Assembly: GCA_030390025.1 (NCBI GenBank)
Contig: CM059432.1
Location: 103,232,001-103,296,000, forward strand
Direction of reading: 5' to 3'
DNA: 64,000 nt
Source: Squalus acanthias
Lineage: Eukaryota
Shown here: positions 13,110 through 24,779 of the stretch, in pieces
Layout: each line of letters starts with the position of its first letter
Numbering within the stretch: position 1 is the stretch's first letter
Program-made: the position numbers and the translations under genes
Notes under the pieces: model-generated
Databases searched by the model: none
The model's input: only the letters and a program-made list of their open reading frames with translations
Told to the model about the DNA's origin: nothing

Positions 13110-13346
13110 CCTAGCCAATAAAGCACTTTTGCCTCGCAGCTTCTTACCAGAGCATCGACAATGGCAAGAACCAACGGAATCGTAGCTCTCTGACCATCAT
13201 CCTAAGCCCTCAATGTGGAAGTCCCATTAACGATATGACACACGCCACAACTGCAACAGTTGCCATCAGAATTTTTATTTACAGTCACCAACTGATGGCT
13301 TTTCAACATTAAACATCACATTTCACCCAAGTGACTACCCTTGTGA

Positions 13347-15350
13347 CTATTTGTGCAGTATCTTTCTCTTATGCGTGCTCCTACGTGGTGGTTCCCCCTT
13401 GGCATCAGCAGATGTGGAGGCCCCTTGCTCACTTTCTTGCTGCTCGTGTCTCGACACCTTTGGCGGGCGTCCTTTGGGGTTACGAACCTGTGAGGGCTCG
13501 GCAACAGTCTGCTGCTCCTGCGGCTGTGCAGGGGTTGAGACGCCGATCTCAGTTGGGTGGGGACTCTGGTGGGGCTCTGACCGAGGGCTTTGCAGTGGCA
13601 TGGTCGTGTGAGCGCTTGGAGAGGAGCCCCCACTTCCTTGTTCTCTGCCACCAACATCCCTCTCATGGGTCAGCCCCACCTCAGAGCTAGCAAGTGGCTT
13701 GACAGCACCTTGCAAACTTCAGGGGGGTCATGAGGACCCGGTTCTGTACTGGAAGTCCTACTCCCGAGGACTTGCATGAAGGTCTGGTTTGTATGCTCAA
13801 CAGCTGACCATCGCTCCTCAAGAGATGTCATTCTATTCTGAACAATTACCATGTTTTCCATACCCTGGCGACTAAGCTCCTCCATGGACGTAGCCATCCT
13901 CTCCTCTACCATAGCCATCCTCTCCTCTACAGTAGCCAGCCTTACCATGGAGGTAGCCATCCCTTCCACGGAGGTTGCCATCCTTTCCATGGTGATGCGT
14001 TCATGCGCCAACGCCTCCACAAAGGCTCTGCACATGTTCGCGATAGACTCCTCCATTCGCTCCACACTCGCAGCGACCCTGGAGACAAAACCTGCCAGAG
14101 ACTCCTGCACCTGTTCCTAGAGTTCCAGCACCGCTGTTCTTCTGGATGGACCCAGAGGCAGAGGGTCGACATGCAGCTGAGCCAAGCTGGGAGAGTCCTG
14201 TGCCCTCCGACGAGGACTCTCCACTGCTGTCCCTGTCTCCACCATCTGCTGATGCTCACTTGTGAGCTGTGATACACCAGGTGACAACACTACACTATCT
14301 CGCGAAGGTCCCACCAAGGTGTGAGTGTCTGCACTGGTGCTGTGTTGGCTGAATTCTGCTGACGCTGCGCCCTCAGAGGTTGCAGCTTCCTCTGAGGAGT
14401 CTGGAAGCTCAGGCTGTTCCTCCTGGCTAGTGGGGACAGGTGCTTGCGATGGTCCTGTGGGAGAGTAAAGGAAAGAGTCAGAGATGTGAGGCCAAGGTTA
14501 CATGCACAGTGCATATTGCAGATGGTCAGAAGTCCATCTGTTGGAGCTTCAGAATCATTATCAGCGACTCATGCAATGTCAATGAGAGAGATGAAAAACT
14601 CTTCTGTCACCAGCTTGCTCAGCTGCACCCGTCTGTCCGTCCCCCACTTGCGCATCGTCCTCGACTCCCACGATCTCCAGGGCTGCCTCCTCCCAAGGGG
14701 TTTGGTGGGCTACTGAGGGTGGCCCTCCTCCTGTCCTCGCTCTTTCCCTCTTATTGTGAGCTCTCTTTTCCTGCAATGAGGGAGACAAGTGGAGTTTGAG
14801 TGAGAATGAAGGAGTGAGTGTAGAGAATCCATAGCATAGATGCTTAGAAGGAGTCAAAGATGGAGTGAGGTGGCAGGACCAAGGGCCCTCCCTGTGTGTT
14901 GTAAGTTGTTTTCATAGCATCACAGTGATAGGGAGTGTGAGGGCTGCATAGTCGAATAGTTAGGTGAATGTGAACATACAGAGAGAGGGATTGGGTAAGG
15001 GTGAAGGGATGTCAGTGTCAAGTGGGATGTGGAGGAAGAGGTTGCTAAAGCTGAGTGCTAGTAAGGAGAGGCAATGGGGATCAGATTGAGGGTGATGGGA
15101 AAGTCATACTCACTTTTCCAGTGCGCAGAAGGTCATGAAACCTCTTCCTGCACTGAAGCCAGGTTCTGCGGATCAGCGACAAGTTGACCTCCTGTGCCAC
15201 CTGGACCCACACAGCCTTCGTCTGCTGGGGAGGCTTCTTCCTCCCTGAAGAAGGGAAGAGCACCTCCTTATTAACTCTTGCTCCCTCCACCAAAGCTTGC
15301 AGGGCGACGTCATCAAATCTGGGAGCAGACTTAGGTCTCCTACTGCTCAT
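13347..15350 (-). pseudogene. H1 Myb/SANT-like DNA-binding protein, 3 exons (15350-15114, 14770-14611, 14454-13347)
   Basis: Trihelix motifs APRF...W..VA...RTWLQCRKRFHDL; GT-AG introns of phase 0 and 1 restore one frame; nonsense TAG at 14117-14119 and a frameshift near 13715. Confidence 0.85.
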
Positions 15351-15740
15351 TTTGCCTCCAGGTCCCTCTCACAGCAAAGGACAAAAGGTTGGCAGTCTGC
15401 AGAAGAAGCAAGGCTTCTTGCAGACCTTAAATGCAGCAGCAATGATGACGTCATCGGAGGCGACTTTCAGACTGAAAAAACTAATTGGGCCATGGGTTCC
15501 CACACGCTGGAACTCAAGTGCCCAATTAGGGGAAAATCGAATAATTCTCCCACCTCGACTTGGAGTCGGGTGGCTAACACGAAAAGCAGATTACATGACC
15601 CCAGCCCGCCCCATGATAAAATCGAGCCCAAGGTGTGGGACAAATGTTGAAAGGGGAATTGGGGTTTTGGTCACTGGTACCACAGGTGGATGATTCCATC
15701 CTGGATATCCCGGCCAGAAAAGGGCTGTCTGGGTTGCATC

Positions 15741-15825
15741 CTTCCTTCTGCTTCCTCCTCTTCTGCTTCCTCCTCTTCTGCTTCCTCCTCTTCTGCTTCC
15801 TCCTCTTCTGCATCTTCCTCTTCGC
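15741..15825 (-). repeat. 15-bp tandem repeat (GAAGAGGAGGAAGCA)n encoding EEEEA
   Basis: About five units, in the decayed acidic transposase tail. Confidence 0.8.
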
Positions 15826-15832
15826 TCTGCAA

Positions 15833-15978
15833 GCAGATGCTGTAAATCTGAAATAAAAGCATAAAATGCTGGAAATACTCAGCAGCTCAGGCAGCATCGC
15901 GACCTGAGACATGAACTCTGTTTCTCTCTCCACGGATAATGCGTGACCTGCTGAGTATTTCCAGCATTTTCTGTCTTC
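15833..15978. mobile_element. Inverted pair of Penelope-like terminal fragments
   Basis: AAAATGCTGGAAATACTCAGCAG and its complement CTGCTGAGTATTTCCAGCATTTT; both match 35940-36035. Confidence 0.8.
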
Positions 15979-16450
15979 TCAGAGGCCTTCCTTTACCATT
16001 CGAGTCCTTGCAAGCGTCCAGCAGCACTCCCTGCACACTTAAAAGCTTCTAACATGTATTGCACCAAGCCACTAATTCAATAAAATAAAAAAAGTCCAGT
16101 ACAAAAGCTTAAATGCAAACTTACCTGAAAAATGTGTGTATCCCTTTAAGAAGTGCTGACAGCATCTCTGTCATTCTGCTGAACCCTCGCTTTTCAGAGT
16201 GAGCTTAGGACCCAGCGCGGAACTCAGCGCTAAAGTCAAAGTTTGCAGACGCGGCGTTGCACCCCAACTGACATCACGCTGTCTTCATTTACATCTCCAG
16301 GGCCAGCACTGCTACCGGCAGCGCAAAGGCCCTCACCAAAATGGCGGGCGCCAAGTCCCGTGCCAGAGAAGGGCGCTAGAGTAGCGGCCACCATTTTTCG
16401 CCAGGATAGCGGTGCAAACGGGTGGCTGTAAGTAGCCCAATTTCTGTGCC

Positions 16451-16680
16451 ATAGAATCATAGAATAGTACAGCACAGAAGGAGGCCATTCAGCCCATCGA
16501 GTCTTCGCTGGCTCTTTCAAAGAGCAATCCAGTTAGTCCCATTCCCCTGCTCTTTCCCCATATCCCTGCAATTTTTTCTCCTTCAAGCATTTATCCAATT
16601 CCTTTTTGAAGTCCACTATTGAATCTGTATCCACCACCCCATCAGGCAGTTCATTCCAAATCCTAACCATCACTCACTGT
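16451..16680 (-). mobile_element. CR1 3' end
   Basis: ATAGAATCATAGAAT tail, then GAAGGAGGCCATTCAGCCC, the reverse complement of 40780-40972. Confidence 0.85.
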
Positions 16681-17551
16681 GAAACAGCGCATTTTATTCA
16701 TTTTCAGATTTTGATGTGAATATAAATACCAAGCCATATGAAATGACTTTGCATCTTCAAAAATATTGTGCATGTGTTTGATATCAGTCCTAACTAGAGG
16801 AATCAGATTCTTAGATTTGGAATTCTGTCAGCTGCTCTGAAACATATGCAGTGTAATGCATTGTGGGATTTTTAACCACTTTCATTTTTTGGAGTGCATC
16901 CCATCTGAATTGCTCTCAACTTCTAATTTACCCGAAGTCTCTTTTTGCTCTTGTGTGTCTATTCTTTTTGTTCTGTTACTAGGTCGATTGTTATACAAGA
17001 AAATGTCAATAGGAAACCTTGTTTTACGGGTTGTGAAATTGTTGCTGAGTCAGATAAAGTCAAACTACCTCCCTGTTTGATTCATGTGTGCTGACAGCTC
17101 ATGGTCACCTTACCATAATAAACCATAAACTTAATCTAGTTCCCCTCAGCATGGGATCTTATTTGTGCTGAGTATCACCATTTACATTTGACATTTTAAT
17201 GAAAATTACCATTTGATTCTGGCAACACAAATTAAAGGCAGGCATGTAAACAGAAGTTTAAAGAATCGCCATGCGATCAGTGTTCAGAGTGTAATAGAAA
17301 GCTTGAATATGGATTTTCATGATGCTTATCCTCATTTTTGTCATTATGTTGATAATTAAAATGCAGTTATCTTCAAATATGTACTTTTTCAAACATATAT
17401 CTTGTTTAACATATTTTCCAGTACTTGAAACTGAACAACACATTTAAAAGTCTAATTAGTGGGTATACTGTTCCTGGACAGGAAGGGGAAGAAAATGAGG
17501 CAGAGTTCCAGCTTCTGACTCCTGTTTAATTATACTTGTTGCAAAGTTAGT

Positions 17552-18152
17552 GGCCTAGAAATTCAATCGCACAGCGCCTGTTTGTCACGTGCTAAATGGC
17601 CTCATAAGCTTCCAATATGGTGGGCAGGAAGCGCACATTCTTTACGAGCCGGAATTGCGCCACCCAGCATAAGCAAAAAAACAAGCGTCTGGGGCCCGTG
17701 CCTGAAACAGGCGTTAGGCACTTTGCACCACCGATGCCCCGTCCTGATCTCCACCAATGCCAGTCACTCCCATCCCCTGATCCCCAGTTGCTCCCCTCTC
17801 CCAATCCCCACCAATGCCCCTCTCCTGATCTCCACCAATGACAGACGTTCCCTTTTCCCGATCGTTGTTGAAGCAGCTCTCCCAATCCCCACCGATGCCC
17901 CTCTCCTGATTCTCACCTCTCCCAGTCGCCCCTCTCCCGGTCTGGTTCAATGACCTACCTGAGGGTCACATGCGGGAGATGCAAGGGCCCAATTTTCGAA
18001 TCCTCTTCACCGGCCAGCTGCCTGGGGATCCCAATTAGGTAGCAGCTCACCGATTTGATGATAATGAGGCCCGAGGCCCACTGTTACATTTGCCTCGGGC
18101 CTATATAATCAGGCGCAGGGATTGTTTTTGGGCACGCTCCAATTTCTAGGCC
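17552..18152. mobile_element. Harbinger-type MITE with internal imperfect tandem repeats
   Basis: TIRs GGCCTAGAAATT / AATTTCTAGGCC; repeated CCACCAATGCCCC...CCTGAT units. Confidence 0.7.
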
Positions 18153-18678
18153 CGTGTGTGTGGACATCGAATAGGGATCAGTTCAGGTTCTGCTATGATG
18201 ACCTCTTTATTATGGGACAGTCTGCTGAGACTCACTGTCTAGGCTCCCACATGAAGAATGGCCGTCTGGCATGTACGTAAAGGAGCAGATTATTTTTTCT
18301 TTTGCTTTTTTGGAATTTTTAGTTTTCCAGGGTAGTTTTTTGAGATAGAACAATTAGGCTTTTCCTCTGAATTTTTTCTATTCTTTACTTCTAAAATTTT
18401 TTGTAACAGAGCCAGTAGGTAATGTTTATGTTGTAACAAAAGAAGTCGACTATCAGCAAAATCACTAGAGAGTTGATACAATTAAAGCATTTTCAAGACT
18501 TCAGCAGTAAAGGAAAAGCTTAAGAAGAGATAACATGAAAAAAGGCTCTCAAATACACGCTTTCACAGGGGCTCTGAGAATGCTAAGGTCTGTAAGTACT
18601 TGCTACGGACTCCCATGGCAATTGCTAAGTCATTAAAGTCGAAAATGGGTATTGATTTGAAAGCTTTCTAAATACACT

Positions 18679-19395
18679 GGCCCGTATTTTCCGATCCTTA
18701 CGGGTGTGTACGAGCTGTGTACACACCCGTAGGGACGTCACAAGTGCCGGTTTCAGGCATGCGAAGCGCATGCGCTGAAAACCGGCATTTCCGATCTGTC
18801 AAGAATCCTCTTGACAGATCGCACACCTGCCCTGGAGAAGGGCCTCTGCGGGGGGAGAGTTCCGCTTTCTGCACAACCTCCGCCCGCTGAAATCCCTTAA
18901 AAATCTTACGCTTTTACCAGCATAAGAGTTTTTTTTTAAGTTTTTAAAAAAAATTTCACTCATTTATAATTTAAAAATACTTTTAAAAAAGGTAAGTTTA
19001 TTTTTAGCCCCGTAAAAAACTTTAATATTTTTTTCCAAAAATTTAATTTTTGTTTAAAATATTTAATTTAATGTAATTTTAACTAATTTTAAAAAGGTGA
19101 TTAAAAAAAAATTATTTAATGTTTTGATGTGTTTTTGGAATGATCTCCATTCATACTTTTGACAGGTCTAAGCTGTCAAAAGTATGAAGGGAGAATCCCT
19201 TCTCCCATTGGCTCCTCATGGCCCACGTTTGCGAACCACATGTGCCCCTGGGATACCTGCGCCCTGCTCATTTTGTCGTGGAGAGGCCCAGGAGCAGAAA
19301 TGGCCGGACCTCGGGAGCCCTCAGGTAAGGGCGTAGATTTTTTCCAGATCGGAGGCCTCCGCACGCAGGAAGCCTCCAATCGGAAAATACGGGCC
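18679..19395. mobile_element. MITE with GC-rich arms and AT-rich core
   Basis: Perfect TIR GGCCCGTATTTTCCGAT / ATCGGAAAATACGGGCC; related to 22781-23533 in the opposite orientation. Confidence 0.85.
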
Positions 19396-19499
19396 AATAT
19401 CTCATGGGATTGAAGTCATACAAGGTGAAACAGGGAGCTAAGTAGGCACTGGAGCCAGGCTACATGCTTGTACCACCTACAGGTATATCTACAAGCCCT

Positions 19500-19860
19500 G
19501 GCATACATACTTGGCAATAACTGAAGTCAAGAGCCTCTGCAGGCTCCAGGTCAGCAGGAAGCCAATTGCAGAGTTGTGCCATCTGCACCAAGGAGATCTA
19601 TAGCCATTCTGCACCATAGAGAAGGCACTCCCAGTGGCAGTCTAGGTCACCAGTGCCTTCAGCTTTACCACCGCTAGACCAGTATAGGAATAATCTACAG
19701 TATCAGCCAATGAGCTACTTTTATAGATATCAAGCAGGTGACTAATGCAACAGTCAGCATTTATCTCCATTCCCACTGGACAGCAACAGAAACATGACAC
19801 AACCACATTGCTGCATTTCTCAAAGTACAGGGATCATTGATGGCAGCCAATAGGTTCCTG
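19500..19860 (+). pseudogene. Highly decayed Harbinger transposase remnant
   Basis: Fragments LCHL..DL, LPVAV*VT, IKQVTNA and FLKVQG..IDG occur in the correct order. Confidence 0.55.
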
Positions 19861-20363
19861 CGTTTTCTCTTCCACCACCACTTGCTCCTCCTCACCTATG
19901 CACTGTGATCCACCTGGTACGACCTCCTAAATCTCACTAACTTCCTCCTTCTGGGACCTATGCAGCAATGCTGCTGCTTGCAGACTTTGGTGAGAGAACC
20001 TCAGGGTGCTGGGGTTCTATCTTGTTCTTTGTCACTGGCAGTGCTGGTAGGCTGATCTCCTAAACAGAATAGGAACAAATGTTATCATTCAGGCTCCAAG
20101 ACAATTAGTCTTCAAATAGAGCTTGCTTTGCAAAATAACTTATGCGATGTTTCTGGAGCTGTGTGGGAATCTGAGTGGGAATGAATGAAAAGGGCACTAG
20201 ACATAAAAGCTGCACAGTACTAGCACTAAACTTTACGGAGGCCTGCAGCTTCACCTTCCCCACTCACTCGAGGTCCTTATACACAAGGGTACGTCTCTCC
20301 AAGAGAGTCAAGGGCTTGAAATTTCTGAGCCCTGTTCCATTTTGGATCTGTTCCTTGTATTAT

Positions 20364-21121
20364 GGGGGAGAAATTCGGTTGGTTATCGCCTCCCGTTATT
20401 GCCTCCGGGGGGCGCTAAGGGACGCTAACAACTTACCGACCGGGCGCGGCGAGATGAACGACTCCTGCTAACTTGGCCGAGACTTTGCGGCGGCGGTAAC
20501 ACATTGCACCACAATCTCCTGCGCCCAGAGATCGTGACATCATTGCTGTGCGCATCGCCCCGGTAGCGCCCCGGACCCAAACTTCGGTTCCGCCCCCTGC
20601 AGCATCGCCGGGCGACAACACCAACAGCTGCAGGAGGCATTGTTCGGGAGGCCGGGAGCTTTGGAGGCACAAATAAAAGGGGATGCTGACACGGGGAAGA
20701 GAAAAATTTTAACAACGCTTCAAGTGTTTTTTTTCGATTGCTCCTGGGCCACAATTGATCAGCCCGGCACTCTGCTGGAGTGCATTGGGCTGATCGGGCC
20801 AGATCCCGGCTGCCGTCAGGGACCAGATAACTGGTCCCAATACAGAGCCTGCAGCGAAGCCCCTTCCCTTTAAGGGAGGGAAGGAGCCTCGGATCACGGC
20901 AGCGCTGCACGAGACATTGTGCAGCACTGCACCACTACCACCCCACCTGCGTCATTTAGCGCTCCAGGAAGGAAGTGGATCACTTGATTTAGTGCTCCAC
21001 TTCCTTCCTGGAGCGCAAACACTGAATTTTGAAAAAGCTGGGAATCATTAGCGCCTGGCGCTAAGTTTCCCAGTGTTCAAAAGTTAGCGCCCCAAACGGG
21101 GCGATACTGAATTTCTCCCCC
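20364..21121 (+). mobile_element. MITE related to Harbinger H2
   Basis: TIRs GGGGGAGAAATTC / GAATTTCTCCCCC; its left arm aligns with 25659-25910 and its right end with 34188-34223. Confidence 0.88.
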
Positions 21122-22175
21122 ATTGTGTCATCTTGTAGTTCAAGTGGAGAAGTAATCTTCAGATGTTGCAAGGTGAGTAGTGAGGAGCACATACACAGTG
21201 ACAGATACATATCCAACCTACAGCCCATTCTGGGCATCAGTAAGTGGCCCTGCATCACAGCCGCTTCCTATTTGTTTGAGGTATTGAAGGGCAGTCAGTG
21301 CTCATGGAACCGTATCCCAGCAAGAATTAAGAACAGGAGGAGCCAAAATTGGGGATATTATATATTAATTATTGCATGGTAATGTATCTTATTTTGTGTA
21401 CTTCTTTATTTTGGCTTTCAATCAGTCCACGGGATTTTTTTTTCTTAATGTTATGATTAATGATTTAACAAAAGCACGTAACACATGATTTTTTGACTCA
21501 CCTCACTAATAGAAGACAGTGTGCATGTGTAGGTGGGTGAGGCAAAATTGATAATCCTTATTAAATCATTTATGACAAATTTGAGGAGGAAGTTGCAGGA
21601 ACTGTAATAAGTCATTTGCACTGTGTGGGAACTTGAAAAAGAAGCAATGTGTCATTTAGGGTATAATCATTATTGTCTCTTAAGGAAATCAAACTGATCT
21701 GCTTTTGCACATAATGTGTACATGATTTAACAGAGAAATGAAAATGTGTCCTGATTTATTTGCATAAGCAACCTAAGGTAATACGCTCGAGGATTTCTTT
21801 AAATGTTATTGGCAGACAGATACTGAAAGATTTGTGTGCTTTATAATGTTCTGGAATAAACGTGCAGTTAAACAGGACTGTGATATATTATGTGATGCCA
21901 CTGATAATTTCCTGAAATTCGATTTGGCAATGATAATGGACTGCATGTCATATCTCATTAGAAGGTTGATGCCATTTCTTTGCATCATTGAAATAAGATG
22001 GTCTGAAGTGTTGCATAATAACAATACTGAATTTGAAGGTTAGCATTATCTATGATTAATGCACTCCAAGGTTAGGTTAGGTACATAGAATTATCTTATT
22101 TCCAAATGGGTTCTAGCCTCCATTAATCACAGTAGATGTATCTTCTAAATTATTACTGCTTACAAGCCACTGCTG

Positions 22176-22333
22176 ATAACATTACAACAGAGGTGTACAG
22201 CACTTTCGTACTCATTCCTTAATGGTGATACCATTAACCATGACATGCCCTGATTGATCTAGTAGGGTGGCAACCAAGGGTGTCTCCAGATTTTAAATTG
22301 TGTTATTGGACACAATAGATTCACCATTTAAAA
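22176..22333 (+). repeat. 158-bp local duplication, copy 1
   Basis: Matches 23660-23817 with four substitutions counted by eye. Confidence 0.92.
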
Positions 22334-22780
22334 ACAGTATTTGAACTGATCTCTGCCCCTGCCCTGAGCCAGCTCTGCCCTGAGTCACCCCTAACCCTGA
22401 TATTCACTGATTGTCAAAAAGATCATTGAGACACCCAGAAACATCACTTAGATTTCTTCTGAAGACACGAGATGCAGTGTGCTCTGTTTTTCCTGTTCTC
22501 ACGTGGATTAATCCATTCACCCGCATTAATGCAACATCCAGAATCCCTGCCTAGCATGCAGGAAAGTTGGACTTGAGGACTGGGTGTTTTCATCCAAAGT
22601 AATGTTCTAAAAGCCTCATTATTTTTGGACAGATATTTACAAGTTTGTTTGAAGAATGTAAGTTTGTTTCAACATGTTATTTTGCCCTCCAATGTTATTT
22701 TAAATCAATTAATCTGTCTGAGTCAGAGTCTAATATGATTTCCAAACACTGTCTATTGTAATGGTTTTGGAAAACACAAT

Positions 22781-23533
22781 GGCCCAGAAATTCCGATCGC
22801 AGGCCTCCCGCGGGCGCAGGGCTGCGATCCGGAAAGATCTGCGCCTGGACCGGAGGGCTCCCTGGGAGGCGCAGAGTTCCGCTCCTGGGCTTCTCCAAAC
22901 TGCCGGTGTACAGGGCCCACGTATCCCAGGGGCGCAGGCGATCGCAGCGTCCCTGGGATCACGTGGGCCATGAGGAGCCAATCAGAGAAGGGGAATCTCC
23001 CTTCATACATTTGACAGGAAGACCTGTCAAATATATGAAGAGATCACCCCCAAAACATAGGAAAACATTAAAAAAAAAATTTAAATCACATTTTTAAAAT
23101 GACTTTAAATTAAAATAAATTAAGTATTTTAAACAAAAAAAAAATTTTATGAAAAAAATAATTAAAGTTTTTAACGGGGCTAAAAATAAACTTACCTTTC
23201 TTTAAAGTATTTTTAAATATAAATCAGTGGAAAAACATTTGTTTTTACTTTTTTCAAATCTTATCCTGGTAAAAGCAGGCCTTACGCCTGCTTTTACCAG
23301 GCGCAAGAATTGGAAGTGTTTTTTGCGGGCGGAGGGTCTCCAAAAAACGGAACTCTCCAACCGCAGAGGCCCTGCTCCAGGGCAGCCGGAGGATCTGTCA
23401 AGAGCTTTCTTGACAGATCGGAAATGCCGGTTTCCAGCGCATGCGCAGTGCATGCCTAAAACCGGCATTTCTGTTGGCCCGACGGGTGAGTACACAGCGC
23501 ATACCCACCCGTGGGGAACGGAATTTCTGCCTC
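22781..23533. mobile_element. MITE with GC-rich arms and AT-rich core
   Basis: TIR core CAGAAATTCCG / CGGAATTTCTG; shares the hairpins GATCTGTCAAGA...TCTTGACAGATC and TTGACAGG...CTGTCAA with 18679-19395. Confidence 0.85.
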
Positions 23534-23659
23534 ATTGAAGTTAAGAGGCCTGGAACCAGGTGGTGCACTTTCACCTCTGGATCCTTGGTTCAAATACAGC
23601 CCAGATTATCAGGATGAAAGCCTCTCTCTGTTGGCTGTAGGGATGCTTTATAAATGAAT

Positions 23660-23817
23660 ATAACATTACAACAGAGGTGTACAGCGCTTTCGTACTCATT
23701 CCTTAATGGTGATACCCTTAACCATGACATGCCCTGATTGATCTAGTAGGGTGGCAACCAAGGGCGTCTCCAGATTTTAAATTGTGTTATTGGACACAAT
23801 AGAGTCACCATTTAAAA
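23660..23817 (+). repeat. 158-bp local duplication, copy 2
   Basis: Matches 22176-22333; lies downstream of a B-box-like GGTTCAAAT (~23587). Confidence 0.92.
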
Positions 23818-23957
23818 GTCGAAGTAGTCTCAACCTATTGGGACTTTGCCAACAGCAAAACAGTCCTCATAAATTCTCACTAATTCTACTTAAATTGGCA
23901 TTGCGTACGGCTGCTGGAGGCCATTCAGCCCATCGCACCTGTGTTGTCTCTTTGAAC

Positions 23958-24493
23958 CATTGGTGGCCGTGCCTTCTGTTGCCGAGGCCCTAAGCTCTGG
24001 AATTCCTCCCTAAACCTCTCCGCCTCTCTATCTCTCTTTCCTCCTTTAAGTCGCTCCTTAAAACCTACCTCTTTGACCAAGCTTTTGGTCATCTGCCCTC
24101 TCAGGTGGACGTAAAAGATCCCATGGCACTATTTCGAAGAAGAGCAGGGGAGTTATCCCCGGTGTCCTGGCCAATATTTATCCCTCAATCAACATAACTA
24201 AAAACAGATTATCTGATCATTATCACACTGCTGTTTGTGGGTGCTTGCTGTGCGCAAATTGGCTGCCGCGTTTCCCACATTACAACAGTGACTACACTCC
24301 AAAAAAGTACTTCAATGGCTGTAAAGTGCTTTGAGATGTCCAGTGGTTGTGAAAGGCGCTATATAAATGCAAGTCTTTCTTTCTTTATGTGGCTCGGTGT
24401 CAAATTTGTTGTCTTATAATACTCCTGTGAAGCGCCTTGGAACATTTTACTACGTTAAAGGCGCTATATAAATACAAGTTGTTGTTGTTGTTG
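23958..24493 (+). mobile_element. L2 3' end, interrupted by a Deu-SINE
   Basis: Near-identical to 51400-51660; (TTG)n tail; TTGAAC on both sides. Confidence 0.85.
24099..24386 (+). mobile_element. 5'-truncated Deu-domain SINE (SacSINE1/AmnSINE1 superfamily)
   Basis: Deu core CCTGGCCAATATTTATCCCTCAA...TGCTGTTTGTGGG.GCTTGCTGTGCGCAAATTGGCTGCC; L2-like end GGCGCTATATAAATGCAAG plus (CTTT)n. Confidence 0.85.
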
Positions 24494-24684
24494 AACGAGC
24501 TATTCAATTAGTCCCACCCCTCTGCCCTTTTCCCATAGCCCTACAATTTTCTCCTCTTCAAGTGAAAGTTACTATAGAATCTGCTTCCACCACCCTTTCA
24601 GGCAGTGTATTCCAGATCATAACAACTCGCTGTGTAAAAAAATTCTCCTCATCTCACTTCTTTTGCCAATTACCTTAAATCTGT

Positions 24685-24779
24685 AAGGATGAAAGGTCAT
24701 CGACCTGAAACGTTAACTCTGTTTCTCTCTCCACAGATGCTGCCTGACCTGCTGAGTATTTCCAGCATTTTCTGTTTTT
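24685..24779 (+). mobile_element. 95-bp Penelope-like terminal fragment with truncated hammerhead
   Basis: Matches 35909-36003; 16-bp TSD ATTACCTTAAATCTGT (24669-24684, 24780-24795). Confidence 0.88.

Larger units (their letters stand above)
11339..15629 (+). mobile_element. Full-length PIF/Harbinger DNA transposon (element H1)
   Basis: TIRs GGGCTAGATTTTGCCA / TGATAAAATCGAGCCC; 3-bp TSD AAG (11336-11338, 15630-15632); the empty site is visible in the paralog near 53295-53315; two convergent genes. Confidence 0.95.
9608..16450 (+). mobile_element. Old non-autonomous Harbinger derivative hosting nested insertions
   Basis: Myb exon remnant (...KKLHDIRPLVK|gtcagt near 10595) and an acidic transposase C-terminus remnant on the minus strand (15671-15830). 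Collinear with the uninterrupted relative at 52822-54170. Flanked on both sides by CR1 tail sequence ATAGAATCAT. The left TIR is poorly preserved. Confidence 0.65.
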
